In this document: positions 11,763 to 28,287 of the stretch, piece by piece
Position numbering within the stretch: position 1 is the stretch's first letter
Layout: each line of letters begins with the position of its first letter
Origin: Escherichia coli
GTDB lineage: Bacteria; Pseudomonadota; Gammaproteobacteria; Enterobacterales; Enterobacteriaceae
NCBI RefSeq assembly: GCF_017348835.2
Contig: NZ_CP071375.1
DNA: 64,000 nt
Reading direction: 5' to 3' (one strand)
Program-made: the position numbers and the translations under genes
The notes under the pieces: model-generated
Told to the model about the DNA's origin: nothing
The model's input: only the letters and a program-made list of their open reading frames with translations
Database searches by the model: none

Positions 11763-12524
11763 ATGTCCAAGTCTGATGTTTTTCATCTCGGCCTCACTAA
11801 AAACGATTTACAAGGGGCTACGCTTGCCATCGTCCCTGGCGACCCGGATCGTGTGGAAAAGATCGCCGCGCTGATGGATAAGCCGGTTAAGCTGGCATCT
11901 CACCGCGAATTCACCACCTGGCGTGCAGAGCTGGATGGTAAACCTGTTATCGTCTGCTCTACCGGTATCGGCGGCCCGTCTACCTCTATTGCTGTTGAAG
12001 AGCTGGCACAGCTGGGCATTCGCACCTTCCTGCGTATCGGTACAACGGGCGCTATTCAGCCGCATATTAATGTGGGTGATGTCTTGGTTACCACGGCGTC
12101 TGTCCGTCTGGATGGCGCGAGCCTGCACTTCGCACCGCTGGAATTCCCGGCTGTCGCTGATTTCGAATGTACGACTGCGCTGGTTGAAGCTGCGAAATCC
12201 ATTGGCGCGACAACTCACGTTGGCGTGACAGCTTCTTCTGATACCTTCTACCCAGGCCAGGAACGTTACGATACTTACTCTGGTCGCGTAGTTCGTCACT
12301 TTAAAGGTTCTATGGAAGAGTGGCAGGCGATGGGCGTAATGAACTATGAAATGGAATCTGCAACCCTGCTGACCATGTGTGCAAGTCAGGGCCTGCGTGC
12401 CGGTATGGTAGCGGGTGTTATCGTTAACCGCACCCAGCAAGAGATCCCGAATGCTGAGACGATGAAACAAACTGAAAGCCAAGCGGTGAAAATCGTGGTG
12501 GAAGCGGCGCGTCGTCTGCTGTAA
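11763..12524 (+). CDS. udp: Uridine phosphorylase
   Basis: ORF track from TTG 11757; ATG at 11763 gives [11 protein letters not shown], 253 aa, recognised as Udp. Confidence 0.95.
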   Translation: MSKSDVFHLGLTKNDLQGATLAIVPGDPDRVEKIAALMDKPVKLASHREFTTWRAELDGKPVIVCSTGIGGPSTSIAVEELAQLGIRTFLRIGTTGAIQPHINVGDVLVTTASVRLDGASLHFAPLEFPAVADFECTTALVEAAKSIGATTHVGVTASSDTFYPGQERYDTYSGRVVRHFKGSMEEWQAMGVMNYEMESATLLTMCASQGLRAGMVAGVIVNRTQQEIPNAETMKQTESQAVKIVVEAARRLL

Positions 12525-12543
12525 TTCTCTTCTCCTGTCTGAA

Positions 12544-12570
12544 GGCCGACGCGTTCGGCCTTTTGTATTT
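12544..12570 (+). terminator. Rho-independent terminator after udp
   Basis: Stem GGCCGACGC / GCGTTCGGCC followed by TTTTGTATTTTTG. Confidence 0.6.
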
Positions 12571-12664
12571 TTGCGTAGCGCCTCGCAGGAAATGCCTTTC
12601 CAACTGGACGTTTGTACAGCACAATTCTATTTTGTGCGGGTAAGTTGTTGCGTCAGGAGGCGTT

Positions 12665-14092
12665 GTGGATTTCTCAATCATGGTTTACGCAGTTATTGCG
12701 TTGGTGGGTGTGGCAATTGGCTGGCTGTTTGCCAGTTATCAACATGCGCAGCAAAAAGCCGAGCAATTAGCTGAACGTGAAGAGATGGTCGCGGAGTTAA
12801 GCGCGGCAAAACAACAAATTACCCAAAGCGAGCACTGGCGTGCAGAGTGCGAGTTACTCAATAACGAAGTGCGCAGCCTGCAAAGTATTAACACCTCTCT
12901 GGAGGCCGATCTGCGTGAAGTAACCACGCGGATGGAAGCCGCACAGCAACATGCTGACGATAAAATTCGCCAGATGATTAACAGCGAGCAGCGCCTCAGT
13001 GAGCAGTTTGAAAACCTCGCCAACCGTATTTTTGAGCACAGCAATCGCCGGGTTGATGAGCAAAACCGTCAGAGTCTGAACAGCCTGTTGTCGCCGCTAC
13101 GTGAACAACTGGACGGTTTCCGCCGTCAGGTTCAGGACAGCTTCGGTAAAGAAGCACAAGAACGCCATACCCTGACCCACGAAATTCGCAATCTCCAGCA
13201 ACTCAACGCGCAAATGGCCCAGGAAGCGATCAACCTGACGCGCGCGCTGAAAGGCGACAATAAAACCCAGGGCAACTGGGGCGAGGTAGTATTGACGCGG
13301 GTGCTGGAGGCTTCCGGTCTGCGTGAAGGGTATGAATATGAAACCCAGGTCAGCATCGAAAATGACGCCCGCTCGCGGATGCAGCCGGATGTCATCGTGC
13401 GGCTGCCGCAGGGAAAAGATGTGGTGATCGACGCCAAAATGACGCTGGTCGCCTATGAACGCTATTTTAACGCCGAAGACGACTACACCCGCGAAAGCGC
13501 GCTACAGGAACATATCGCGTCGGTGCGTAACCATATCCGTTTGCTGGGACGCAAAGATTATCAACAGCTGCCGGGGCTGCGAACTCTGGATTACGTGCTG
13601 ATGTTTATTCCCGTTGAACCCGCTTTTTTACTGGCGCTTGACCGCCAGCCGGAGCTGATCACCGAAGCGTTGAAAAACAATATCATGCTGGTTAGCCCGA
13701 CTACGCTGCTGGTGGCGCTGCGCACTATCGCCAACCTGTGGCGTTATGAGCATCAAAGCCGCAACGCCCAGCAAATCGCCGATCGTGCCAGCAAGCTGTA
13801 CGACAAGATGCGTTTGTTCATCGATGACATGTCCGCGATTGGTCAAAGTCTCGACAAAGCGCAGGATAACTATCGGCAGGCAATGAAAAAACTCTCTTCA
13901 GGGCGCGGAAATGTGCTGGCGCAGGCAGAAGCGTTTCGCGGTTTAGGAGTAGAAATTAAACGCGAGATTAATCCGGATTTGGCTGAACAGGCGGTGAGCC
14001 AGGATGAAGAGTATCGACTTCGGTCGGTTCCGGAGCAGCCGAATGATGAAGCTTATCAACGCGATGATGAATATAATCAGCAGTCGCGCTAG
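12665..14092 (+). CDS. rmuC: DNA recombination protein RmuC
   Basis: 475-aa ORF, N-terminal TM segment plus long coiled-coil, recognised as RmuC. Confidence 0.9.
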   Translation: MDFSIMVYAVIALVGVAIGWLFASYQHAQQKAEQLAEREEMVAELSAAKQQITQSEHWRAECELLNNEVRSLQSINTSLEADLREVTTRMEAAQQHADDKIRQMINSEQRLSEQFENLANRIFEHSNRRVDEQNRQSLNSLLSPLREQLDGFRRQVQDSFGKEAQERHTLTHEIRNLQQLNAQMAQEAINLTRALKGDNKTQGNWGEVVLTRVLEASGLREGYEYETQVSIENDARSRMQPDVIVRLPQGKDVVIDAKMTLVAYERYFNAEDDYTRESALQEHIASVRNHIRLLGRKDYQQLPGLRTLDYVLMFIPVEPAFLLALDRQPELITEALKNNIMLVSPTTLLVALRTIANLWRYEHQSRNAQQIADRASKLYDKMRLFIDDMSAIGQSLDKAQDNYRQAMKKLSSGRGNVLAQAEAFRGLGVEIKREINPDLAEQAVSQDEEYRLRSVPEQPNDEAYQRDDEYNQQSR

Positions 14093-14186
14093 CCCATTGG
14101 GAGTAGTTAAGCCGGGTAGAAATCTAGGGCATCGACGCCCAATCTGTTACACTTCTGGAACAATTTTTTGATGAGCAGGCATTGAG

Positions 14187-14942
14187 ATGGTGGATAAGTC
14201 ACAAGAAACGACGCACTTTGGTTTTCAGACCGTCGCGAAGGAACAAAAAGCGGATATGGTCGCCCACGTTTTCCATTCCGTGGCATCAAAATACGATGTC
14301 ATGAATGATTTGATGTCATTTGGTATTCATCGTTTGTGGAAGCGATTCACGATTGATTGCAGCGGCGTACGCCGTGGGCAGACCGTGCTGGATCTGGCTG
14401 GTGGCACCGGCGACCTGACAGCGAAATTCTCCCGCCTGGTCGGAGAAACTGGCAAAGTGGTCCTTGCTGATATCAATGAATCCATGCTCAAAATGGGCCG
14501 CGAGAAGCTGCGTAATATCGGTGTGATTGGCAACGTTGAGTATGTTCAGGCGAACGCTGAGGCGCTGCCGTTCCCGGATAACACCTTTGATTGCATCACC
14601 ATTTCGTTTGGTCTGCGTAACGTCACCGACAAAGATAAAGCATTGCGTTCAATGTATCGCGTGCTGAAACCCGGCGGCCGCCTGCTGGTGCTTGAGTTCT
14701 CGAAGCCAATTATCGAGCCGCTGAGCAAAGCCTATGATGCATACTCCTTCCATGTGCTGCCGCGTATTGGCTCACTGGTCGCGAACGACGCCGACAGCTA
14801 CCGTTATCTGGCAGAATCCATCCGTATGCATCCCGATCAGGATACCCTGAAAGCCATGATGCAGGATGCCGGATTCGAAAGTGTCGACTACTACAATCTG
14901 ACTGCAGGGGTTGTGGCGCTGCATCGTGGTTATAAGTTCTGA
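14187..14942 (+). CDS. ubiE: Ubiquinone/menaquinone C-methyltransferase UbiE
   Basis: 251-aa ORF with SAM-binding LDLAGGTGD motif. Confidence 0.95.
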
Positions 14943-14955
14943 CAGGAGACCGGAA

Positions 14956-17198
<2,243 letters not shown>

Positions 17199-17276
17199 TT
17201 TTTTCATCGCTCAAGGCGGGCCGTGTAACGTATAATGCGGCCTTGTTTAATCATCATCTACCACAGAGGAACATGT

Positions 17277-17546
17277 ATGGGTGGTATCAGTATTTGGCAG
17301 TTATTGATTATTGCCGTCATCGTTGTACTGCTTTTTGGCACCAAAAAGCTCGGCTCCATCGGTTCCGATCTTGGTGCGTCGATCAAAGGCTTTAAAAAAG
17401 CAATGAGCGATGATGAACCAAAGCAGGATAAAACCAGTCAGGATGCTGATTTTACTGCGAAAACTATCGCCGATAAGCAGGCGGATACGAATCAGGAACA
17501 GGCTAAAACAGAAGACGCGAAGCGCCACGATAAAGAGCAGGTGTAA
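17277..17546 (+). CDS. tatA: Twin-arginine translocase subunit TatA
   Basis: Internal Met15 ([21 protein letters not shown]) with GAGGA RBS gives 89 aa. Confidence 0.95.
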   Translation: MGGISIWQLLIIAVIVVLLFGTKKLGSIGSDLGASIKGFKKAMSDDEPKQDKTSQDADFTAKTIADKQADTNQEQAKTEDAKRHDKEQV

Positions 17547-17549
17547 TCC

Positions 17550-18065
17550 GTGTTTGATATCGGTTTTAGCGAACTGCTATTGGTGTTCATCATCGGCCTC
17601 GTCGTTCTGGGGCCGCAACGACTGCCTGTGGCGGTAAAAACGGTAGCGGGCTGGATTCGCGCGTTGCGTTCACTGGCGACAACGGTGCAGAACGAACTGA
17701 CCCAGGAGTTAAAACTCCAGGAGTTTCAGGACAGTCTGAAAAAGGTTGAAAAGGCGAGCCTCACTAACCTGACGCCCGAACTGAAAGCGTCGATGGATGA
17801 ACTACGCCAGGCCGCGGAGTCGATGAAGCGTTCCTACGTTGCAAACGATCCTGAAAAGGCGAGCGATGAAGCGCACACCATCCATAACCCGGTGGTGAAA
17901 GATAATGAAGCTGCGCATGAGGGCGTAACGCCTGCCGCTGCACAAACGCAGGCCAGTTCGCCGGAACAGAAGCCAGAAACCACGCCAGAGCCGGTGGTAA
18001 AACCTGCTGCGGACGCTGAACCGAAAACCGCTGCACCTTCCCCTTCGTCGAGTGATAAACCGTAA
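17550..18065 (+). CDS. tatB: Twin-arginine translocase subunit TatB
   Basis: 171-aa ORF, GTG start, N-terminal TM helix then amphipathic helix. Confidence 0.95.
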
Positions 18066-18067
18066 AC

Positions 18068-18844
18068 ATGTCTGTAGAAGATACTCAACCGCTTATCACG
18101 CATCTGATTGAGCTGCGTAAGCGTCTGCTGAACTGCATTATCGCGGTGATCGTGATATTCCTGTGTCTGGTCTATTTCGCCAATGACATCTATCACCTGG
18201 TATCCGCGCCATTGATCAAGCAGTTGCCGCAAGGTTCAACGATGATCGCCACCGACGTGGCCTCGCCGTTCTTTACGCCGATCAAGCTGACCTTTATGGT
18301 GTCGCTGATTCTGTCAGCGCCGGTGATTCTCTATCAGGTGTGGGCATTTATCGCCCCAGCGCTGTATAAGCATGAACGTCGCCTGGTGGTGCCGCTGCTG
18401 GTTTCCAGCTCTCTGCTGTTTTATATCGGCATGGCGTTCGCCTACTTTGTGGTCTTTCCGCTGGCATTTGGCTTCCTTGCCAATACCGCGCCGGAAGGGG
18501 TGCAGGTATCCACCGACATCGCCAGCTATTTAAGCTTCGTTATGGCGCTGTTTATGGCGTTTGGTGTCTCCTTTGAAGTGCCGGTGGCAATTGTGCTGCT
18601 GTGCTGGATGGGGATTACCTCGCCAGAAGACTTACGCAAAAAACGCCCGTATGTGCTGGTTGGTGCATTCGTTGTCGGGATGTTGCTGACGCCGCCGGAT
18701 GTCTTCTCGCAAACGCTGTTGGCGATCCCGATGTACTGTCTGTTTGAAATCGGTGTCTTCTTCTCACGCTTTTACGTTGGTAAAGGGCGAAATCGGGAAG
18801 AGGAAAACGACGCTGAAGCAGAAAGCGAAAAAACTGAAGAATAA
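18068..18844 (+). CDS. tatC: Twin-arginine translocase subunit TatC
   Basis: 258-aa six-TM ORF recognised as TatC. Confidence 0.95.
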
Positions 18845-18885
18845 ATTCAACCGCCCGTCAGGGCGGTTGTCATATGGAGTACAGG

Positions 18886-20198
<1,313 letters not shown>

Positions 20199-20319
20199 TT
20201 ACGCTAAGTTAATTATATTCCCCGGTTTGCGTTATACCGTCAGAGTTCACGCTAATTTAACAAATTTACAGCATCGCAAAGATGAACGCCGTATAATGGG
20301 CGCAGATTAAGAGGCTACA

Positions 20320-21813
20320 ATGGACGCCATGAAATATAACGATTTACGCGACTTCTTGACGCTGCTTGAACAGCAGGGTGAGCTAAAACGTATCACGCTC
20401 CCGGTGGATCCGCATCTGGAAATCACTGAAATTGCTGACCGCACTTTGCGTGCCGGTGGGCCTGCGCTGTTATTCGAAAACCCTAAAGGCTACTCAATGC
20501 CGGTGCTGTGCAATCTGTTCGGTACGCCAAAGCGCGTGGCGATGGGCATGGGGCAGGAAGATGTTTCGGCGCTGCGTGAAGTTGGTAAATTATTGGCGTT
20601 TCTGAAAGAGCCGGAGCCGCCAAAAGGTTTCCGCGACCTGTTTGATAAACTGCCGCAGTTTAAGCAAGTATTGAACATGCCGACAAAGCGGCTGCGCGGT
20701 GCGCCTTGCCAACAAAAAATCGTCTCTGGCGATGACGTCGATCTCAATCGCATTCCCATTATGACCTGCTGGCCGGAAGATGCCGCGCCGCTGATTACCT
20801 GGGGGCTGACCGTAACGCGCGGCCCGCATAAAGAGCGGCAGAATCTGGGCATTTATCGCCAGCAGCTGATTGGTAAAAACAAACTGATTATGCGCTGGCT
20901 GTCGCATCGCGGCGGCGCGCTGGATTATCAGGAGTGGTGTGCGGCGCATCCGGGCGAACGTTTCCCGGTTTCTGTGGCGCTGGGTGCCGATCCCGCCACG
21001 ATTCTCGGTGCAGTCACCCCCGTTCCGGATACGCTTTCAGAGTATGCGTTTGCTGGATTGTTGCGCGGCACCAAGACCGAAGTGGTGAAGTGTATCTCCA
21101 ATGACCTTGAAGTGCCCGCCAGTGCGGAGATTGTGCTGGAAGGGTATATAGAACAAGGCGAAACTGCGCCGGAAGGGCCGTATGGCGACCACACCGGTTA
21201 CTATAACGAAGTCGATAGTTTCCCGGTATTTACCGTGACGCATATTACCCAGCGTGAAGATGCGATTTACCACTCCACCTATACTGGTCGTCCGCCGGAT
21301 GAACCCGCGGTGCTAGGTGTCGCACTGAACGAAGTGTTTGTGCCGATTCTGCAAAAACAGTTCCCGGAAATTGTCGATTTTTACCTGCCGCCGGAAGGCT
21401 GTTCTTATCGTCTGGCGGTAGTGACGATCAAAAAACAGTACGCCGGACACGCGAAGCGCGTCATGATGGGCGTCTGGTCGTTCTTACGCCAGTTTATGTA
21501 CACTAAATTTGTGATCGTTTGCGATGATGACGTCAACGCACGCGACTGGAACGATGTGATTTGGGCGATTACCACCCGTATGGACCCGGCGCGGGATACT
21601 GTTCTGGTAGAAAATACGCCTATTGATTATCTGGATTTTGCCTCGCCTGTCTCCGGGCTGGGTTCAAAAATGGGGCTGGATGCCACGAATAAATGGCCGG
21701 GGGAAACCCAGCGTGAATGGGGACGTCCCATCAAAAAAGATCCAGATGTTGTCGCGCATATTGACGCCATCTGGGATGAACTGGCTATTTTTAACAACGG
21801 TAAAAGCGCCTGA
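20320..21813 (+). CDS. ubiD: 3-octaprenyl-4-hydroxybenzoate decarboxylase UbiD
   Basis: 497-aa ORF recognised as UbiD. Confidence 0.95.
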   Translation: MDAMKYNDLRDFLTLLEQQGELKRITLPVDPHLEITEIADRTLRAGGPALLFENPKGYSMPVLCNLFGTPKRVAMGMGQEDVSALREVGKLLAFLKEPEPPKGFRDLFDKLPQFKQVLNMPTKRLRGAPCQQKIVSGDDVDLNRIPIMTCWPEDAAPLITWGLTVTRGPHKERQNLGIYRQQLIGKNKLIMRWLSHRGGALDYQEWCAAHPGERFPVSVALGADPATILGAVTPVPDTLSEYAFAGLLRGTKTEVVKCISNDLEVPASAEIVLEGYIEQGETAPEGPYGDHTGYYNEVDSFPVFTVTHITQREDAIYHSTYTGRPPDEPAVLGVALNEVFVPILQKQFPEIVDFYLPPEGCSYRLAVVTIKKQYAGHAKRVMMGVWSFLRQFMYTKFVIVCDDDVNARDWNDVIWAITTRMDPARDTVLVENTPIDYLDFASPVSGLGSKMGLDATNKWPGETQREWGRPIKKDPDVVAHIDAIWDELAIFNNGKSA

Positions 21814-21858
21814 TGCGCGTTTGTTTTGCCCTATTTATCGATCCGACAGAGAAAGCGC

Positions 21859-22560
21859 ATGACAACCTTAAGCTGTAAAGTGACCTCGGTAGAAGCTATC
21901 ACGGATACCGTATATCGTGTCCGCATCGTGCCAGACGCGGCCTTTTCTTTTCGTGCTGGTCAGTATTTGATGGTAGTGATGGATGAGCGCGACAAACGTC
22001 CGTTCTCAATGGCTTCGACGCCGGATGAAAAAGGGTTTATCGAGCTGCATATTGGCGCTTCTGAAATCAACCTTTACGCGAAAGCAGTCATGGACCGCAT
22101 CCTCAAAGATCATCAAATCGTGGTCGATATTCCCCACGGAGAAGCGTGGCTGCGCGATGATGAAGAGCGTCCGATGATTTTGATTGCGGGCGGCACCGGG
22201 TTCTCTTATGCCCGCTCGATTTTGCTGACAGCGTTGGCGCGTAACCCAAACCGTGATATCACCATTTACTGGGGCGGGCGTGAAGAGCAGCATCTGTATG
22301 ATCTCTGCGAGCTTGAGGCGCTTTCGTTGAAGCATCCTGGTCTGCAAGTGGTGCCGGTGGTTGAACAACCGGAAGCGGGCTGGCGTGGGCGTACTGGCAC
22401 CGTGTTAACGGCGGTATTGCAGGATCACGGTACGCTGGCAGAGCATGATATCTATATTGCCGGACGTTTTGAGATGGCGAAAATTGCCCGTGACCTGTTT
22501 TGCAGTGAGCGTAATGCGCGGGAAGATCGCCTGTTTGGCGATGCGTTTGCATTTATCTGA
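21859..22560 (+). CDS. fre: NAD(P)H-flavin reductase Fre
   Basis: ORF track 21826..22560; Met12 ([21 protein letters not shown]) gives 233 aa; ferredoxin-NADP reductase fold. Confidence 0.93.
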
Positions 22561-22563
22561 GAT

Positions 22564-22591
22564 ATAAAAAAACCCGCCCCTGACAGGCGGG
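22564..22591 (-). terminator. Rho-independent terminator oriented for the minus strand (distal end of the fadBA transcript region)
   Basis: Stem CCCGCCCCTGACAGGCGGG with an A-run on the plus strand (T-run when read on minus). Confidence 0.5.
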
Positions 22592-22629
22592 AAGAACGGC
22601 AACTAAAACTTTATTCAGTGGCATTTAGA

Positions 22630-22750
22630 TCTATGTCGCATCCGGCATTCGGCACACGATGCCTGATGCGACGCTGGCGCGTCTTATCAGGCCTACATTG
22701 GTGCCGGATCGGTAGACCGGATAAGGCGTTCACGCCGCATCCGGCAAGTG
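22630..22750. repeat. Cluster of REP/BIME elements
   Basis: Several GCC(G/T)GATGCGACGCTGGCGCGTCTTATCAGGCCTAC and CGGATAAGGCGTTCACGCCGCATCCGGCA palindromic units. Confidence 0.65.
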
Positions 22751-22751
22751 G

Positions 22752-23924
<1,173 letters not shown>

Positions 23925-26114
23925 TTAAGCCGTTTTCAGGTCGCCAACCGGACGGGCTGGCTCAACCGGGGGATAGTACGGTTCATTATGACGCGCTTTA
24001 TTACGCAGACCTTCCGGCACTTCATACAGCGGGCCGAGGTGCTGATATTGCTGTGCCATATCGAGGTATTTTGCGCTACCGAGGGTGTCCAGCCAGCGGA
24101 ACGCGCCGCCGTGGAACGGAGGGAAGCCCAGACCGTAGACCAGCGCCATATCCGCTTCTGCCGGAGTGGCGATAATGCCTTCCTCCAGACAGCGCACCAC
24201 TTCGTTGACCATCGGGATCATCATGCGGGCGATAATCTCTTCTTCGCTGAAATCGCGCTTCGGCTGGCTGACTTCTGCCAGCAGGTCGTCAACAGCGGCG
24301 TCTTCTTCTTTCTTCGGCTTACCTTTGCTGTCTTCTTTATAACGCCAGAAACCGAGGCCGTTCTTCTGACCAAAGCGGTTGGCATCAAACAGCGCGTCGA
24401 TGGCATCGCGATAATCTTTCTGCATCCGCTGCGGGAAGCCTGCTGCCATCACCGCCTGAGCGTGATGCGCGGTGTCAATGCCCACGACATCCAGCAGATA
24501 TGCCGGACCCATCGGCCAGCCAAACTGTTTTTCCATCACTTTGTCGATCTTGCGGAAATCAGCGCCGTCGCGCAGCAACAGGCTGAAACCGGCGAAATAC
24601 GGGAACAGCACGCGGTTGACGAAGAAGCCGGGGCAGTCGTTAACCACAATCGGCGTTTTGCCCATCTTGCTCGCCCAGGCGACGACTTTCGCGATGGTTT
24701 CGTCGGAGCTTTTCTCGCCGCGAATTATTTCTACCAACGGCATTCGGTGGACCGGGTTAAAGAAGTGCATCCCGCAGAAGTTTTCTGGACGTTCCAGCGC
24801 GTTGGCCAGTTCGCTGATAGGAATGGTTGAAGTGTTAGACGCCAGCACGGTATCCGGGCGTACTTTCTGCTCGGTTTCTGCCAGTACGGCTTTTTTCACT
24901 TTCGGGTTTTCAACAACCGCTTCTACCACAATATCCACGCGGTCAAACCCGGCGTAGTCGAGCGTTGGGTGGATTGTAGAGATCACGCCAGCCAGTTTCA
25001 GACCATCGATCTTGCCGCGCTCAAGCTGCTTGTTCAGCAGTTTCGCGGCTTCGGTCATGCCGAGGGTTAACGACTTGTCGTTGATATCTTTCATGACAAC
25101 CGGCACGCCTTTCCACGCAGACTGGTAAGCGATGCCGCCGCCCATAATGCCTGCGCCCAGCACAGCGGCCTGTTTCGGGGTTTCAACGTCTTTGGTGAGT
25201 TTCTTCGCTTTGCCTTTTACATATTGATCGTTAAGGAATATGCCGACCAGTGCGCGAGCTTCATTGGTATGCGCCAGCGGGACAAAACTTTTGTTTTCCA
25301 GGTTTAGGGCTTCTTCACGACCAAAACGGGCCGCAGCTTCAATGGTTTTTACTGCGGTGATGGGGGCCGGATAATGTTTCCCCGCCGTTTGTGCGACCAT
25401 CCCTTTAGCGATGGTGAAGCTCATGGTAGCTTCAATCTTGCTCAGTTTTAGCGGTTCCAGCTTCGGCTGACGTTTCGCTTTCCAGTCGAGGTCGCCGTTA
25501 ATGGCCTGGCGTAAAATCGCCATCGCCCCTTCAATCAGTTTTTCTGCTTTGACTACGCCATCCACCAGACCGATTTTCAGCGCCTGATCCGCGCCGACAT
25601 CTTTACCGGCGGCAATGATTTCCAGCGCACTGTCAGCGCCCAGCATACGTGGCATACGTACAGAACCGCCAAAGCCCGGCATGATGCCCAGTTTGGTTTC
25701 CGGCAGACCGATGCGCAGATCCGGCGTCGCCAGACGGTAATCGGTCGCCAGCACGCATTCGCAGCCACCGCCCAGCGCATAGCCATTGACGGCAGCAATG
25801 GTCGGCACCGGCAGATCTTCCAGGCGATTAAACACGCTATTGGCAAAGTGCAGCCACTGACTTAACTGTTCTTCAGGAACGAGGAACAGGGACAAAAATT
25901 CGGTGATATCAGCACCGACGATAAAGGCTGCTTTGTTCGAACGCAGCAGCAGCCCTTTTAGATCTGATTGCTGTTCCAGCACGCCGATGGCCTCGCCGAG
26001 GCTGGCGACGGTCGCAGTGTCGAGTTTATTAACTGAACCTGGGGCATCAAATACCAGTTCGGCAATGCCATCTTCCAGCCAGTCAAGGTACAGGGTGTCG
26101 CCTTTGTAAAGCAT
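23925..26114 (-). CDS. fadB: Fatty-acid oxidation complex alpha subunit FadB
   Basis: ORF track 23925..26240; start at Met43 ([20 protein letters not shown]) preceded by AGGAG gives 729 aa. Confidence 0.95.
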   Translation of the reverse strand: MLYKGDTLYLDWLEDGIAELVFDAPGSVNKLDTATVASLGEAIGVLEQQSDLKGLLLRSNKAAFIVGADITEFLSLFLVPEEQLSQWLHFANSVFNRLEDLPVPTIAAVNGYALGGGCECVLATDYRLATPDLRIGLPETKLGIMPGFGGSVRMPRMLGADSALEIIAAGKDVGADQALKIGLVDGVVKAEKLIEGAMAILRQAINGDLDWKAKRQPKLEPLKLSKIEATMSFTIAKGMVAQTAGKHYPAPITAVKTIEAAARFGREEALNLENKSFVPLAHTNEARALVGIFLNDQYVKGKAKKLTKDVETPKQAAVLGAGIMGGGIAYQSAWKGVPVVMKDINDKSLTLGMTEAAKLLNKQLERGKIDGLKLAGVISTIHPTLDYAGFDRVDIVVEAVVENPKVKKAVLAETEQKVRPDTVLASNTSTIPISELANALERPENFCGMHFFNPVHRMPLVEIIRGEKSSDETIAKVVAWASKMGKTPIVVNDCPGFFVNRVLFPYFAGFSLLLRDGADFRKIDKVMEKQFGWPMGPAYLLDVVGIDTAHHAQAVMAAGFPQRMQKDYRDAIDALFDANRFGQKNGLGFWRYKEDSKGKPKKEEDAAVDDLLAEVSQPKRDFSEEEIIARMMIPMVNEVVRCLEEGIIATPAEADMALVYGLGFPPFHGGAFRWLDTLGSAKYLDMAQQYQHLGPLYEVPEGLRNKARHNEPYYPPVEPARPVGDLKTA

Positions 26115-26139
26115 GTCAGTCTCCTGAATCCGCAAGGTG

Positions 26140-26156
26140 ATCTGGTCGTACCAGAT
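26140..26156. promoter_or_regulatory. FadR operator in the fadB promoter
   Basis: 17-bp ATCTGGTCGTACCAGAT (reverse complement ATCTGGTACGACCAGAT) matches FadR consensus, about 25 bp upstream of fadB start. Confidence 0.65.
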
Positions 26157-26303
26157 GCATCGAAGTGTGTATTTTGTGTTAAAAATATGCAAACAAAAGA
26201 TTAAAGAAATGCCGATCTGATCACGCTCGGCAGAAATCACGCTCTGGATGAACGATGTGCTAAGATGCGGAGACTTAAGGTCAAAAAAACAGAAGGGTAA
26301 AAA

Positions 26304-27635
26304 ATGGAATCACTGGCCTCGCTCTATAAAAATCATATAGCTACCTTACAAGAACGGACTCGCGATGCGCTGGCGCGCTTCAAGCTGGATGCGTTACTTA
26401 TTCACTCCGGCGAGCTGTTCAATGTTTTTCTCGACGATCATCCCTATCCGTTTAAAGTGAACCCGCAATTCAAAGCGTGGGTGCCGGTAACTCAGGTGCC
26501 AAACTGCTGGTTGCTGGTGGATGGCGTGAACAAGCCGAAACTGTGGTTTTATCTGCCGGTTGATTACTGGCACAACGTCGAACCGCTGCCGACCTCCTTC
26601 TGGACTGAAGATGTGGAAGTGATCGCGCTGCCGAAAGCCGATGGCATTGGTAGCCTGCTGCCTGCTGCGCGCGGCAATATCGGTTATATCGGTCCGGTGC
26701 CGGAGCGTGCGCTGCAACTGGGTATTGAGGCCAGCAACATCAACCCGAAAGGGGTTATCGACTACCTGCATTACTATCGCTCCTTCAAAACCGAGTACGA
26801 ACTGGCCTGTATGCGTGAAGCGCAGAAAATGGCGGTCAACGGTCATCGTGCGGCAGAAGAAGCGTTCCGTTCTGGCATGAGCGAGTTCGATATCAATATT
26901 GCCTATCTGACCGCGACCGGTCATCGTGATACCGACGTACCTTACAGCAACATTGTGGCGCTCAACGAACATGCTGCGGTGCTGCATTACACCAAACTGG
27001 ACCATCAGGCACCGGAAGAGATGCGCAGCTTCCTGCTGGATGCCGGGGCAGAATATAACGGCTATGCGGCTGACCTGACCCGTACCTGGTCGGCAAAAAG
27101 TGACAACGACTACGCGCAGCTGGTGAAGGACGTTAATGATGAACAACTGGCGCTGATCGCCACCATGAAAGCAGGCGTCAGCTATGTGGATTACCACATC
27201 CAGTTCCATCAGCGCATCGCCAAACTGCTGCGTAAACATCAAATCATCACCGATATGAGTGAAGAAGCGATGGTCGAAAACGATCTCACCGGACCGTTTA
27301 TGCCGCACGGTATCGGCCATCCGCTGGGCCTCCAGGTGCATGACGTCGCCGGTTTTATGCAGGATGATAGCGGTACGCACCTCGCGGCACCGGCAAAATA
27401 TCCGTACCTGCGCTGCACCCGTATTCTCCAGCCGGGCATGGTGTTAACCATCGAACCGGGTATCTACTTCATTGAATCGCTACTGGCACCGTGGCGTGAA
27501 GGGCAGTTCAGCAAGCACTTCAACTGGCAGAAAATTGAAGCACTGAAACCGTTCGGCGGCATTCGTATCGAAGACAACGTGGTGATCCACGAAAACAACG
27601 TGGAAAACATGACCCGGGATCTGAAACTGGCGTGA
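26304..27635 (+). CDS. pepQ: Xaa-Pro dipeptidase (prolidase) PepQ
   Basis: 443-aa ORF, M24 metallopeptidase, recognised as PepQ. Confidence 0.95.
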
Positions 27636-28249
27636 TGGAAAGCTGGTTAATTCCTGCGGCACCGGTCACGGTCGTTGAAGAGATCAAAAAGAGCCGCTTC
27701 ATAACGATGTTGGCGCATACCGATGGCGTTGAGGCGGCGAAAGCGTTTGTTGAATCGGTGCGGGCAGAACACCCCGATGCCCGGCACCATTGCGTGGCGT
27801 GGGTCGCGGGTGCGCCGGATGATTCTCAACAGCTGGGTTTCTCTGACGACGGGGAGCCGGCGGGAACGGCAGGTAAACCGATGCTCGCCCAGCTAATGGG
27901 CAGCGGCGTCGGGGAAATTACCGCTGTGGTAGTGCGTTACTACGGCGGCATATTGCTTGGCACCGGTGGGTTAGTGAAAGCGTATGGCGGCGGCGTGAAT
28001 CAGGCGCTGCGCCAGCTAACGACCCAACGCAAGACGCCATTAACCGAATATACTTTGCAATGTGAATATAGTCAGTTAACCGGCATTGAAGCGTTGCTGG
28101 GGCAGTGTGACGGCAAAATTATCAACAGTGATTATCAGGCATTCGTTCTGCTGCGGGTGGCGCTTCCGGCGGCGAAAGTGGCTGAATTTTCCGCAAAGCT
28201 GGCGGATTTTAGCCGTGGTTCATTGCAATTGTTAGCGATTGAAGAATAA
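27635..28249 (+). CDS. yigZ: IMPACT-family protein YigZ
   Basis: ORF track 27632..28249 (GTG); ATG at 27635 overlaps pepQ TGA (ATGA) giving 204 aa. Confidence 0.88.
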   Translation: MESWLIPAAPVTVVEEIKKSRFITMLAHTDGVEAAKAFVESVRAEHPDARHHCVAWVAGAPDDSQQLGFSDDGEPAGTAGKPMLAQLMGSGVGEITAVVVRYYGGILLGTGGLVKAYGGGVNQALRQLTTQRKTPLTEYTLQCEYSQLTGIEALLGQCDGKIINSDYQAFVLLRVALPAAKVAEFSAKLADFSRGSLQLLAIEE

Positions 28250-28287
28250 TCCCCACTTCGTTTTGCAGAACTAAGGAAGCGGCAGAG

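Noticed and set aside
26394-27380. 328-aa ORF antisense to pepQ
   Set aside because: Embedded in pepQ on the opposite strand; shadow ORF.
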